A stretch of DNA of 64,000 nt, taken from NCBI GenBank assembly GCA_024346625.1, contig AP024665.1, positions 1,240,001-1,304,000 on the forward strand, in the 5' to 3' direction. Position 1 is the stretch's first letter. Each line of letters starts with the position of its first letter. Below are positions 45,593 through 56,146 of the stretch, piece after piece. The notes under the pieces were generated by a model. It made no database searches. It was not told the origin of the DNA and saw only the letters and a program-made list of their open reading frames with translations. The DNA is from Williopsis jadinii (lineage: Eukaryota). The position numbers and the translations under genes were made by a program.

Positions 45593-45847
45593 TGTGATGT
45601 CGATTATCTCGAATTCTGACCGGTGAAGCATCATGGCTAACTGAACACTACGAGATCTCTAACATATTTCTATATGAGGTGGAGGTAGGAAGCGAGAGGT
45701 AATTGAAACTACTCCGTGTAGTAGACCGTTTGATACTGTATCTTGAGCCTGGCAGCCTGTAAACAGGCTATACATACTTCGTGAGCCAAGAGGACGATAC
45801 AGCAAAGGCTCTATCCATCCCCAAAGACTTCAACACCTAAGATCACA
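45593..45847. mobile_element. Candidate solo LTR (255 bp) directly upstream of tRNA-Arg
   Basis: Termini TGTGAT...ATCACA, flanks TTGCT / CTGCT (4 of 5 match, possible TSD), 5 bp from the tRNA 5' end. Confidence 0.45.
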
Positions 45848-45892
45848 CTGCTTGCGTGTGGAGGTGGATGGTTAACACTCGAAAGGGAAAGC

Positions 45893-46800
45893 TCATTGGT
45901 CATAAGTTGGAGATTCGCTACCTGACACTTGATCCGTCAGGCATATGCCACAAGAGATGGCGTGGAATTCGAAACTATGAATACATACACTGTAAACACA
46001 TACAACGTGATAGCACAGCAATATGAAAGACCTGCATATCTCTGGAATAGCATACTCTGTGGAAATTACTCTTGAGCAGCATTCTCTCACTGAAACGTGT
46101 TTCTTACACAGTGAAGATATTTTTTTCTATTAGTTATGTTTCAACTTCGAACGCATCTATAACGTTTCTCATGCAATTGCGGAGCTTCGTACAGCCCCGT
46201 GTGATTGATCATATTCTTTACGTATGTAGCAGACATTGGTGTTTACTACACGCTGGGTAAGCTCAGGAGATCAGGAGAATCACGCTAATACACGTCTTGG
46301 CTACAACTGCGACATGTAGGAAGGTGTGGTTTGGTGAAGGGGGACGTATAGAATATGTCATGCCTTCCAAAGATAGTGAACACTGTAGGACTATCGAATC
46401 TCTGGAGCAGATTGTGGGGCATCGACGTAATAATGTAGACGAGTAAGGAGGCAGACATCTAAACTCGTTCGTAAATACAACCTTGATGTCAATTGGCTAT
46501 TGTGTATTATTCTGTGAAGCTGTGGAATGTGTATCTTTTCCCAAGAGCCCACATTTAAACTGAAGAGGGTTGCTAGACATAGTGCAACATGAGATATGGA
46601 GTCTGAGACCTCAAGATCAATGAGAACTGAAACCATGTCCTTCTGTAACATAGCAGTAGTAGCAGATTGAAGGTTAGCATCAATGATACTCTCTGTAACC
46701 AATCAGGAGTTCACCGAGGTAGACACGTAGGTCAATATTGCTACACGGTTAAATAGATGCCATGAAGTCTTTCTAGATATTACCAAGGGAACATATATTA
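45893..46800 (-). pseudogene. Decayed tandem paralog of the adjacent Zn2Cys6 gene (C-terminal domain remnants)
   Basis: ECCSRVISTEYAIP vs DCCYRALAFNYVLP; TSRLYLRTSLDV vs ITENYLMSTMNL; DLRVYLGE vs LSNVYLTE; same strand and order, disrupted. Confidence 0.5.
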
Positions 46801-47116
46801 TGTACTTAGTGCTGCTCCCGGCTTAAGCAGGCTCAGCACAACTGACTACACCGTGTCAATGACTTAGCAACGTGTAACACGGTGACTCTCAAGGGAACGA
46901 CTCCACTCTGCTTGCTGCCGTTATTGAACAAATTCCCCAGTCGAAGGAACTTTGCAGGTCTCCGCATATACACCTTTACCAACCCATGGCCTGGAATTCA
47001 AATTAAACCAAGAATTGCTATACACGTTGTACATATGTGGAATGTGCCTACAGTTCAATTGACGAGTTGGCTGTATTGTAATGCTGAATAGCGATTATTA
47101 ATGGAAGATATTCGTA

Positions 47117-48577
47117 CTATTGGTATGGCATCTCGCTCTCCAAAGGCAATGTCGTGCCGATAAGCCTCAGTTCTCTCGGGTCCAAGAATGGCTTGCCAGC
47201 CACCTTTTGATCCTCTCCTAGCCTTCTTGTTCTGAACATAATCCTCTGCTGTACCTGGTGGTAGAGACATCTGTCAAAGTCATCCTCAAACCCACCAAAC
47301 ATGAGCTCCGAATTGACCTTGAACTCCTCGATGTAAGAGTTCCAGACGCTGACATCGTGGAACATCTTGATTCCACATATCGAAACAACACAGCAGTATG
47401 TGTACATGATCTTCATGGCGATGAAGTCCCTGGAACGTATGAGTGAGACGAAGTTTATGTTGTCTGCCAACACCATCATACCACGTAACACGGGTAAGAC
47501 GTAGTTAAATGCCAAAGCCCTATAGCAACAGTCGTCAATGGCATTGACTGCCTGGTGGTATGCTGTGAAGTTTCCATCGATACTGGTAACGACGTTGTTC
47601 AGATAGGACCTCAAGTTAGCAACAAAGGGGAATAATGTTTCTTGACCCGGAGGTGGCACGATACTCAGCTCGTCCTCATATAAGAGCAGCTTGTATCTTG
47701 AGCCCTGTAACATCTTGGCCCGAGATCTGTAGATCTGGAATATTCCTGAGCTGATTTCAAGGATATCGTTCATGAGACTGCTTGAGCCATGGTACTTCAC
47801 AAGCATAGCAGGAGACATCGGATGGATGCTCAGCACAGCAAACATCATGACATTGGAAAGCATGAGCGCGCCGACCGTGTCCTCTTCGACATCCGTGTGC
47901 AGCTTCGCAATGCTTTCTTTCATCAAGTTCATCGTACTCATGAGATAGTTCTCCGTGATGTTATACAGACTATTGGTTGCTGTTCCACCGCTGCACGACT
48001 GCAAAACGAGGTGCTGATCCTCTGTCAGATAAACATTTGATAAGTAGTTCATCTCATAAAACTTCCACAAGTAGAGCGTTGCGCACGAGTATATGGCACT
48101 TCTCACCAGCTCGTACTGTTGCCACAACCTTGGTGCGTCGACATCAAACAACGCTCTCACCTTTGACGACTTGTTCGCCGTGAACAGGCCGCCACCGAAA
48201 TCCATGTAGAACCTCAGCAGCTTGAGCTCGAACCTTGACACGGACATCTGCTTCTGCATCGAGTTCAGGCTCACGATGAACGGCGACGACAAGTCGATCA
48301 CGTCGGGGGTCCTTGGAGATCCCGCCTGGCCAGATTTCTTCCTCGTCGGCTTCTTCTTATCAACAACCACAGGATAAACACATATTCTGCTTGTGTGCGT
48401 GCAATACTCGCACGACGGTTTGGCCTCATCACACTTGATCTTGAGCTTCTTGCAACTGAGACACCCCATCCGGGATCTCTTCGTCTTGGTCTTCGCCGTC
48501 AGCGACGGCGGCTCTCTCTTCACCGCGTGTGGGTTCTCTCTCTCTGGAAGCAGCGCTTCCAGCGGAAGTAGGTCCAT
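47117..48577 (-). CDS. Zn(II)2Cys6 transcription factor, distantly Upc2/Ecm22-like
   Basis: RSRMGCLSCKKLKIKCDEAKPSCEYCTHTSRICVY; ELKLLRFY...AP.L...LVRSAIYSCATLYL resembles the Upc2 family C-terminal domain. Confidence 0.88.
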   Translation of the reverse strand: MDLLPLEALLPERENPHAVKREPPSLTAKTKTKRSRMGCLSCKKLKIKCDEAKPSCEYCTHTSRICVYPVVVDKKKPTRKKSGQAGSPRTPDVIDLSSPFIVSLNSMQKQMSVSRFELKLLRFYMDFGGGLFTANKSSKVRALFDVDAPRLWQQYELVRSAIYSCATLYLWKFYEMNYLSNVYLTEDQHLVLQSCSGGTATNSLYNITENYLMSTMNLMKESIAKLHTDVEEDTVGALMLSNVMMFAVLSIHPMSPAMLVKYHGSSSLMNDILEISSGIFQIYRSRAKMLQGSRYKLLLYEDELSIVPPPGQETLFPFVANLRSYLNNVVTSIDGNFTAYHQAVNAIDDCCYRALAFNYVLPVLRGMMVLADNINFVSLIRSRDFIAMKIMYTYCCVVSICGIKMFHDVSVWNSYIEEFKVNSELMFGGFEDDFDRCLYHQVQQRIMFRTRRLGEDQKVAGKPFLDPRELRLIGTTLPLESEMPYQ

Positions 48578-49036
48578 CTCCTGCTAACCTTCCACAGCGC
48601 TCTGGACAGGAAAGAACAACCAACCAACCAACCAGGCCCCTGTGTACGCCTGTGACTGACTGTTTTGTGTGTAACGTCTCCTACCACCTCCCTTGTTCTG
48701 AACACAGGCTCAGCAGACCTCCTACGCCTTAAATATACACAGAGCAGGGGAACCACGGTGAACACACAGGCTCAAAACACCAAACAGGTGCTACGAGTCA
48801 TAAAAACAACTCTGAGAGAGAGAGAGAGGGTTTTTTTAGCCGCAAGCGTATAGAATGAGACGCACAGAGGCTGCCTCGCCTGCAATTCATGGAATGGTCC
48901 CATTCACCAGGTGGAATTGGTATGAGATCCGAACACCGAGAAGTTGGTCTGAGACAAGCGCAACGCACAGAAAATGCCCAATTGGAGGTGATTGTGCGCA
49001 TGGAAGATACAGGGACGCGTGCCTTGGTGGGAGGAC

Positions 49037-49106
49037 GAGTGGAATGGAGTGGAATGGAGTGGAATGGAGTGGAATGGAGTGGAATGGAGTGGAATGGAGC
49101 GGAATG
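49037..49106 (+). repeat. (GGAATGGAGT)n 10-bp tandem array, about 7 copies
   Basis: Seen directly; each unit carries CATTCC on the minus strand. Confidence 0.95.
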
Positions 49107-49382
49107 CGTGTTCCTATGGAGATGAACCAAGCAAATGCTGGAAGGAGACACGAGGAGCCCACGCAGGCTGGGGGGAGGGGATTATTTTGGGCTTCCGCCG
49201 CTTTCTACTGGGGCCCGTTGCCTCCTACTGGGGGCTCCCTGCTGCCGGCACCTGCCTAAGGTTGCTTGGGAAGGCGCATACGCTTCTGCCCAGGCAGGCC
49301 TGTAAGGTTTGCACGGCGAGCATTGAATACGCTTGTGTATACAGTCCAGAGCACCATAACATGTATTATAATATCTAGGGGA

Positions 49383-51518
49383 TCATTTCTTCAGTTGCTT
49401 CAAGGCATCCACCTTGTCATGTCCCACGATATTGCCGTGTCCCACGCCTTTGACTATGGAGTCCGCAAGGTTCTGCAATCCACCTGTCAAGTAGCTTCTT
49501 CTGAGGTCCTTTTTCACCTGACGGGACAATAGCTGTTTCAACTCATAGCGTTTTGCAGAGAGCTGTTGCTTGTCGAGCTGCTTCTTCTCCTTCTTTGTTC
49601 TGTTCTTCTTGAGGAATTCGTCTTCGCCTTCCATGTCGTCGAGGTCGAGCCCAAGATCTTCCGCGGCCTTTGACATCCAGTTGTCCTCTTTGCTGAGGGA
49701 TTTGGAAGAGATCTCGCTGTCTGCCAATTCACCGGCGAGTTTAACACGGTCCCTCAACTGCGCAATGATATCTGTTTCCACAGGGAGCCTTGGAACGTCC
49801 TTTGTCCATTTTCTTGTAGCCTTCCCTCTGAACTTGGCCTTGTCATCACTGAGAGCCTTTCTCAGGTTTTGTAAAGGCCCCGATGCCTCTTGCGGAGAAC
49901 AAATCATAACAGATACACCTTCGGATCCAGATCTCGCGGTTCTACCAGATCTGTGGATGTAAACGTCGGCACTTCGAGGCAGATGGTAGTGCACAACGTG
50001 TTGAATCCCTGGAATATCCAATCCTCTAGCAGCCACGTCCGAGGCAATCAACACAGTGGACTGCGTGGAGTTATCTTGCGACGATTTCTTGAAGTTCTCA
50101 ATGTTTTTTAATCTCTGCTTCTGAATCATGTTTGAATGGATAGCAAAGGTCTTGATGTTCAGGTTGTTCAACAGTGGCACGAGCCTCTTCACAGAGTCGA
50201 TTGCATTTGTAAAGACCAATGTTGTTCCAGGATACATCAACAGGAAATAGTACAAGTACAAGTCCCTCTCTGCGGGCAAGCATTCCACAACAGCTTCTGT
50301 AATGTCCTTGTGCAGTCTTGAATTTGGATTCAAGTCGATGAATGTTGGCTTTGACTTGAACTTCAACTTGGAGTGTAACAATTCGACGATCTGCTTGTTC
50401 TCATCCTCCAAAGAGTCCTTCTTATTTGGGTTGTACTTATACACATTACCCAGCTTGGAAAACAGCTCTTTGGCAAAAGTTGCTGAGAACACAGAGGATT
50501 GCCATTTTTCTTTTTTGGTTCTGTTCGTTGCGAGGATCTTCAAAATTTGTTCAAACTCGTCAAAGTGGCCATCCTGGAGTAATCTATCAGCTTCATCAAG
50601 TACTAAAGTGTCCAAGTTGGCAAACCTCTTACACAACTGCTCATTCTTCCCCAAGATTTCCAAGAATCTTCCTGGTGTGGCGACGATCACCTGACCTGAT
50701 CCGGGATATCTCAGCAGTCTTTCTTGCTTCTGAATGGATAAACCTCCCGTCAAGGATAAGATCGAAGATTGTGTGAATGGGAAGTACTTGGAGATGCTAT
50801 TGAGATGGTCCATAACTTGATGTGCCAGCTCTCTTGTTGGCGTAAAGATCACACCAGCTGGTGACGTGCTCTCAGATGATCGAGACACAAGCTTCTCCAG
50901 GATTGGAATACCATACGCCAACGTCTTACCGGAACCTGTAGATGCCTTACCTATCAGATCGTCACCTTGCAATGCCAATGGGATACACTTCTGTTGTATA
51001 GGCGTAGGCTTTTCGAACTTCAAGTGGGCTAATCCTTGCAGTGTATACGGCGAGATGTTAAGGCTTGACCAATAAGGCAACTCAATCTCTTCCTCTGGCA
51101 GTTGGGCATTTTTGAATGAAATACCATCAGAGAGAATCTTCTCTTGCTCTTCAATCTTCTTTGGCTTGGGCTTCGACTTAGGCGCCGACTTCGCTTCCTT
51201 CACAGCGTCTTCCATCTTGACATCGTCATCAGCCGCCACATCGCCTTTCTCCTTCGATTCAGCCTCCTGGCTCCCCTTCACCACAAATTGGGGTTTACCA
51301 TCAACATATTCAACACCAACGCCGTCCAGCTCCTCCAGCCCGTAGAACCCACCAAAGTCATCGAGAGTATCTGGAATATCAACGGTCTTCCAGTTCAGCG
51401 CATCAGCGGCAACGATCTTCTTCTTAGGCGCCGGCTTCACAACTTTGCCAGAGCCACTCTTCGCACCCTTTGCAGCCTTCTTACTCTTGACGAGTTTCTT
51501 AAGCCTCTGAGATACCAT
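49383..51518 (-). CDS. MAK5: DEAD-box RNA helicase, 60S biogenesis
   Basis: LNWKTVDIPDTLDDFGGFYGLEELDGV, GKASTGSGKT, PTRELA, DEADRLLQDGHF, SAT, HRSGRTAR. Confidence 0.95.
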   Translation of the reverse strand: MVSQRLKKLVKSKKAAKGAKSGSGKVVKPAPKKKIVAADALNWKTVDIPDTLDDFGGFYGLEELDGVGVEYVDGKPQFVVKGSQEAESKEKGDVAADDDVKMEDAVKEAKSAPKSKPKPKKIEEQEKILSDGISFKNAQLPEEEIELPYWSSLNISPYTLQGLAHLKFEKPTPIQQKCIPLALQGDDLIGKASTGSGKTLAYGIPILEKLVSRSSESTSPAGVIFTPTRELAHQVMDHLNSISKYFPFTQSSILSLTGGLSIQKQERLLRYPGSGQVIVATPGRFLEILGKNEQLCKRFANLDTLVLDEADRLLQDGHFDEFEQILKILATNRTKKEKWQSSVFSATFAKELFSKLGNVYKYNPNKKDSLEDENKQIVELLHSKLKFKSKPTFIDLNPNSRLHKDITEAVVECLPAERDLYLYYFLLMYPGTTLVFTNAIDSVKRLVPLLNNLNIKTFAIHSNMIQKQRLKNIENFKKSSQDNSTQSTVLIASDVAARGLDIPGIQHVVHYHLPRSADVYIHRSGRTARSGSEGVSVMICSPQEASGPLQNLRKALSDDKAKFRGKATRKWTKDVPRLPVETDIIAQLRDRVKLAGELADSEISSKSLSKEDNWMSKAAEDLGLDLDDMEGEDEFLKKNRTKKEKKQLDKQQLSAKRYELKQLLSRQVKKDLRRSYLTGGLQNLADSIVKGVGHGNIVGHDKVDALKQLKK

Positions 51519-51570
51519 CCTTGACCTCTGATACGTGTTGATGTCTCGTGTTTAGTACCAAAGGGCTCCT

Positions 51571-51629
51571 AAAAATTTTTCCTAGTGGTTTTTTCCCTTC
51601 TCGAGAGCTCATCTCATCGCATGAAAATT
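51571..51629. promoter_or_regulatory. RRPE and PAC motifs in the MAK5/BMT2 divergent promoter
   Basis: AAAAATTTTT, GCTCATCTCATCGC (double PAC), TGAAAATT between two ribosome-biogenesis genes. Confidence 0.75.
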
Positions 51630-51684
51630 CCAACAAGGACATAAACAACTTGGGCTGAAAGAGAGGAGGGACAACGTCACGGCG

Positions 51685-52590
51685 ATGGCATTTCTCAAGC
51701 GATCTAAATCCATCACAGGGAAGACGTACACGAAGCCGTCTATCAAGCCGCAGAACACCAGGAGGATCATAAGGAGGTACCATCTGCTGATAACGAAGAA
51801 GGATGCTGCGTATCAAAGGCTAAGCACGCTTATGGGGACTGCTATAGACGACAGCAACGTCTCTCAATGGAACAAATCAGTGGAGGTGAAGGAATGTCCA
51901 CAAGAGGACGAGCTGCTGGGTGTTAGTAGGCTCGACAAAGAGTCCCTGTTCAGGCTTCTAAGAAAGATTGATTATGAGATCCACGAGAAGGGCGGACTCC
52001 AGAAGTACCAGATTGCGTCGATACACGGCCAGGAGAACAAGAGAGGTAGCGATTCGTCCAAGTGGCTGTTTGACGCGGTCCCTCACTTGAAGACGTGTGA
52101 ATATCGGTTGAAAGCGCTTGAAATTGGATGCCTTTCAACGAAGAATGTGATATCACGGTACTGTGAAACCACGAGGATAGATCTCAACTCGAACGAGCCA
52201 GGCATACTGAAGCAGGACTTTATGGAGCGTCCAATACCGGCACAGGGGGAGTTTGATATCATCTCGTGCTCGCTGGTGTTGAATTTTGTATCTACTCCTC
52301 AGAAAAGGGGTGAAATGATCCAAAGATTCGTGCCCTTCTTGAAGCCAAATGGGTACCTGTTCGTTGTCCTACCACTCAGCTGTATAAGAAACTCCAGATA
52401 CTGCGACAAACAGCTTTTCCAAGAGATTCTACAGTCCCAAGGGTTCAACATGACGAATTATCACGAGGCTAAGAAAGTGGTCTATATGTGTTTCCAACTG
52501 ACGGGCGAAGGTGCGAACAAAGAAGCCAAGTACAGCAAAAGGAAGATACACGATGGTAAGGCCATGAACAACTTCTGTATAACTCTGTGA
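51685..52590 (+). CDS. BMT2: 25S rRNA (adenine-N1) methyltransferase
   Basis: GGLQKYQIAS, RGSDSSKWL, LEIGCLS, IDLNS, QDFMERP, SLVLNFV, NNFCITL. Confidence 0.9.
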   Translation: MAFLKRSKSITGKTYTKPSIKPQNTRRIIRRYHLLITKKDAAYQRLSTLMGTAIDDSNVSQWNKSVEVKECPQEDELLGVSRLDKESLFRLLRKIDYEIHEKGGLQKYQIASIHGQENKRGSDSSKWLFDAVPHLKTCEYRLKALEIGCLSTKNVISRYCETTRIDLNSNEPGILKQDFMERPIPAQGEFDIISCSLVLNFVSTPQKRGEMIQRFVPFLKPNGYLFVVLPLSCIRNSRYCDKQLFQEILQSQGFNMTNYHEAKKVVYMCFQLTGEGANKEAKYSKRKIHDGKAMNNFCITL

Positions 52591-52809
52591 CCCTCTTCCC
52601 ACGTTATCCCAGCTATTCATTTGTAGTGAGTGCTTAATACATAAAAGTAAAAACCTCACGTGATGAATCACATGACCAAAGATGTGGCCGTACCGATGAT
52701 TTATCGCCGTCAAAATTCAATGAAACCACAACAAAGAAGTCCCTTTCTTGAAGAACACGTTAGGAATCTCCAATTCTTAGCGGTACAAATCAAGTGAAAC
52801 GAATACAAG

Positions 52810-54212
52810 ATGGTAAGTTGATCACCGAGACAGATGATTGCTGCATTTGAGCTATCACGATGGCTGTGTATCGATACTAACAATCGATTTGATTGAAGGG
52901 ACAAGGAGCTTCAGGTCTTCCAGGTGGCGACAGAAAGAAGAAGGACAAATCAAAGAAACCGAAATATGAGCCGCCAGTAAAGACGAGAATTGGTCGTAAG
53001 AAACGGAAAGGCGGCCCATCTACTGCGGAGAAACTGCCTGACGTGTTCCCACGTAACAGATCGAATTTGAAGTTGTTGAAGACGCAGAGAATCCACGATC
53101 ATTTGCTAATCGAACAAGAGTACGTTAGCTCTATGGAGAATTTAAAGCCGTTTGAGAAGAAACAGAATGAGGAGCGTGAGAAAGTTGAAGAGATTAGAGG
53201 CACACCATTAACTGTGGGTACTTTGGAGGAGATTATCGACGATGACCATGCCATTGTCAGTTCCACATCTGGTCCAGAGTACTACGTCACAATCATGTCA
53301 TTTGTCGACAAGGAGCTCTTAGAACCAGGGTGTTCAGTTCTTTTGCACAACAAGACAGTGGCTATTGTGGGTGTTCTCGAGGACGATGCCGATCCGCTTG
53401 TAAACGTTATGAAAGTTGCCGTTGCGCCAACGGAGACGTATTCGGACATTGGTGGTTTAGAGTCGCAGATCAAAGAAGTTAAAGAGGCTGTTGAGTTACC
53501 CTTGACACATCCAGAGCTATACAGTGAAATGGGTATCCAGCCACCAAAGGGTGTCATTCTTTACGGTGCCCCAGGTACCGGTAAGACTCTTTTGGCCAAA
53601 GCCGTTGCCAATTCCACGTCTGCCACTTTCATCAGAATGGTTGGCTCCGAACTGATCCAGAAATATGCCGGTGAAGGACCTAAGTTGGTGAGATCCTTGT
53701 TCAAGCTCGCCGCTGATAATGCGCCATCGATAGTCTTCATCGATGAGATCGATGCCGTCGGTACAAAGAGATACGACTCGCAGTCGTCCGGTGAGAAGGA
53801 GATCCAGCGTACCATGTTGGAGCTGCTGAACCAACTGGACGGGTTCGACGACCGTGGTGACATCAAAGTCATCATGGCAACCAACGCCATCGAGTCCCTA
53901 GACCCGGCCCTGATCAGACCCGGGCGTATCGATAGAAAGATCCACTTCCCACCCCCAGACTCGGAGAATCTGAAGAAGATCTTTGAGATCCACACCAGGA
54001 AGATGACCCTCTCCGGCGACATCGACGTGGACAACATCATCAGCGCAAAGGATGAGCTCTCCGGTGCAGAGGTGAAGGCCATCACCACAGAGGCCGGCCT
54101 CATTGCCTTGAGGGAGAGAAGAATGCAGGTGACGAACGCGGACTTCATCAAGGCCAAGGAAAACGTCATGAAGACAAAGGTGGACGAATCGCTCGAGGGT
54201 CTTTACTTGTAG
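52810..54212 (+). CDS. RPT2: 26S proteasome AAA-ATPase Rpt2; intron 52813-52898
   Basis: ATG|GTAAGT...TACTAAC...AAG|GGACAA gives myristoylatable [27 protein letters not shown], HbYX tail GLYL. Confidence 0.94.
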
Positions 54213-54243
54213 TAATAGATGCGATGTCGGCTAATGCCCTGTT

Positions 54244-54357
54244 TGTATTGTATTGTATTGTATTGTATTGTAATTGTACTTTGCCGGTAGGTCGGTACCT
54301 GCTGCCCAGCCTAAGACACTGCCCGGCCTAAAGACACCGCCCAGCCTAAAACACCGC
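54244..54357 (+). repeat. (TGTAT)5 microsatellite followed by a 17/18-bp GCCCAGCCTAA(A)GACACC repeat x3
   Basis: Seen directly downstream of RPT2. Confidence 0.8.
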
Positions 54358-54882
54358 GACAGCTCGAGCCTCCTCTGCCTACTGCGTACACCGCACCGTC
54401 TCCCGCGCTCAGCGTAGCGTTCCCCCCTCCCAGCCGCCCAGCGCACGGCCTGGAGGCCCAACTGGGCACAGCCGGTGACCTCTCTGCCAACCGCGCAACA
54501 CTGCCCTGCGCTGCCCCGCCCCTGGGGCAGAAACATCCACACACCACCGGCCCCGACCCTCTGTTTTGTCCCGCACTTTGCTCCGCATCCAAGTTTTTCC
54601 CTTCCTTTGCGGTCTCTTTTGGGCCTCTCACCACGGCTTCCTTTGTACGAGCCCCAACAATAAAAACAGACAGCAAATCCCACATAGAACGTGCAATTTC
54701 TTTCTTTCTTCCTTGTACGCTTTCTAAATCCTTCCAAGACAGCAGAAACCACTTGTGGAGGCTGTTTGTATTGTTGTTCGTTGCAGTTGCGATCAGAAGG
54801 GAAGCATAGGAGTGGCTTGTGGGCGTGTGTGAAGTTTGGTTGTGCCCATTGTGCTGTTTGAGGGCAGATTGAGATTTTCGCA

Positions 54883-54993
54883 GGCAGAGCTAGGCAGAGA
54901 GCTAGGCAGAGCTAGGCAGAGAGCTAGGCAGAACAAGGCAGAGAGCTAGGCAGAGCCAGACAGGGCCAGGCAGAACCAGGCAGAGCCAGACAG
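54883..54993 (+). repeat. AGGCAGAG(AG)CT 10/12-bp degenerate minisatellite, about 10 units, in the PTC1 leader
   Basis: Seen directly. Confidence 0.88.
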
Positions 54994-55073
54994 AAAAAAT
55001 AGCAAAGGTGTTGGAATTCAACGGCAGACGGCTATCACTGACGACCTTGATCAAGGGCCGGAGGAAGTCGAAT

Positions 55074-56015
55074 ATGGAGGAGCAGCCGGACCCAAAGCTG
55101 CTGGAGGCCAAGTCGTCGAGCAGCACAGCGTGCACGCATGCTGACAGAGATAAGCGATCGTCGTCGTCATCCGCATCTACAAAGTACAAGCTGACGTATT
55201 CCGTCGGAGTGGCTGAGAACGTGAACACGCGGTACAGGCCCACGATGGAGGACGTGCACACGTATGTTGAGAACTTTGTCGAGAGGCTCGATTGGGGGTA
55301 CTTTGCGGTGTTTGATGGCCATGCCGGGAAGGAGGCCGCCAAGTGGTGCGGTCAGCACCTACACACGCTGCTAGGCGATAAGTTGATCCGGGAGGAGAAC
55401 CGGGACGTCCGAGAACTGTTGAACGAGACGTTCATCAAGGCTGACAGTGAGATTGCGAAGAACGTGAGAGGGTCAAGCGGGTGCACCGCTGCCGTGGCGG
55501 TGATACGGTGGGAGTTGCCTCAAGACGGGGAGGCCGAGGGCGGTGTGAAGGATGAGCAACGGTTGTCCCTGGACAAGCATAGACGTATGCTCTATACAGC
55601 GAACGTTGGAGACTCGAGAATCGTGCTGTTTAGATCTGGGAAAGCGGTTAGACTCACGTACGACCATAAGGCCAGCGACAAGCTGGAGATCAAGCGCATA
55701 GAGGAGAATGGTGGGCTAATCATGAAGAACCGTGTCAACGGGATGCTCGCCGTCACCAGGTCGCTAGGTGATCAGTTCTTCAAGGACCTGGTTATCGGGA
55801 ACCCGTACACCACCAGCCTGGAGTTGGATATGGAGACAGACAAGTTCATCATCATTGCATGCGACGGGTTATGGGACGTGATTAGTGATCAGAAGGCATG
55901 CGAGTTGATCCAGGGCATTGAGGACGCCAATGTCGCTGCAAAGACGCTTGTGGATTACGCGATGGAGAAACAGACGACGGATAACGTGACGGTGATGGTG
56001 ATCAAGCTGGGATGA
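55074..56015 (+). CDS. PTC1: Type 2C protein phosphatase (first ATG 55074; possible non-AUG extension)
   Basis: TMEDVHTYVENFVERLDWGYFAVFDGHAG, LYTANVGDSRIVL, RLTYDHKASD, RVNGMLAVTRSLGD, ACDGLWDV, TDNVTVMV. Confidence 0.93.
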   Translation: MEEQPDPKLLEAKSSSSTACTHADRDKRSSSSSASTKYKLTYSVGVAENVNTRYRPTMEDVHTYVENFVERLDWGYFAVFDGHAGKEAAKWCGQHLHTLLGDKLIREENRDVRELLNETFIKADSEIAKNVRGSSGCTAAVAVIRWELPQDGEAEGGVKDEQRLSLDKHRRMLYTANVGDSRIVLFRSGKAVRLTYDHKASDKLEIKRIEENGGLIMKNRVNGMLAVTRSLGDQFFKDLVIGNPYTTSLELDMETDKFIIIACDGLWDVISDQKACELIQGIEDANVAAKTLVDYAMEKQTTDNVTVMVIKLG

Positions 56016-56146
56016 ACAAGCGGAGGGGAAACACACCACCTGCTCCATTTTTCATATTATGACCCTACTACAAGTTTAACGAAACATATACAAGTACCCA
56101 TTTAGCGGGTTGTTGAACTCCACACAACCCTCACAACTAAAATAAA

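Noticed and set aside
49037..49106. Human satellite II/III contamination or telomere repeat
   Set aside because: Only 70 bp, embedded seamlessly in yeast intergenic DNA, and not terminal
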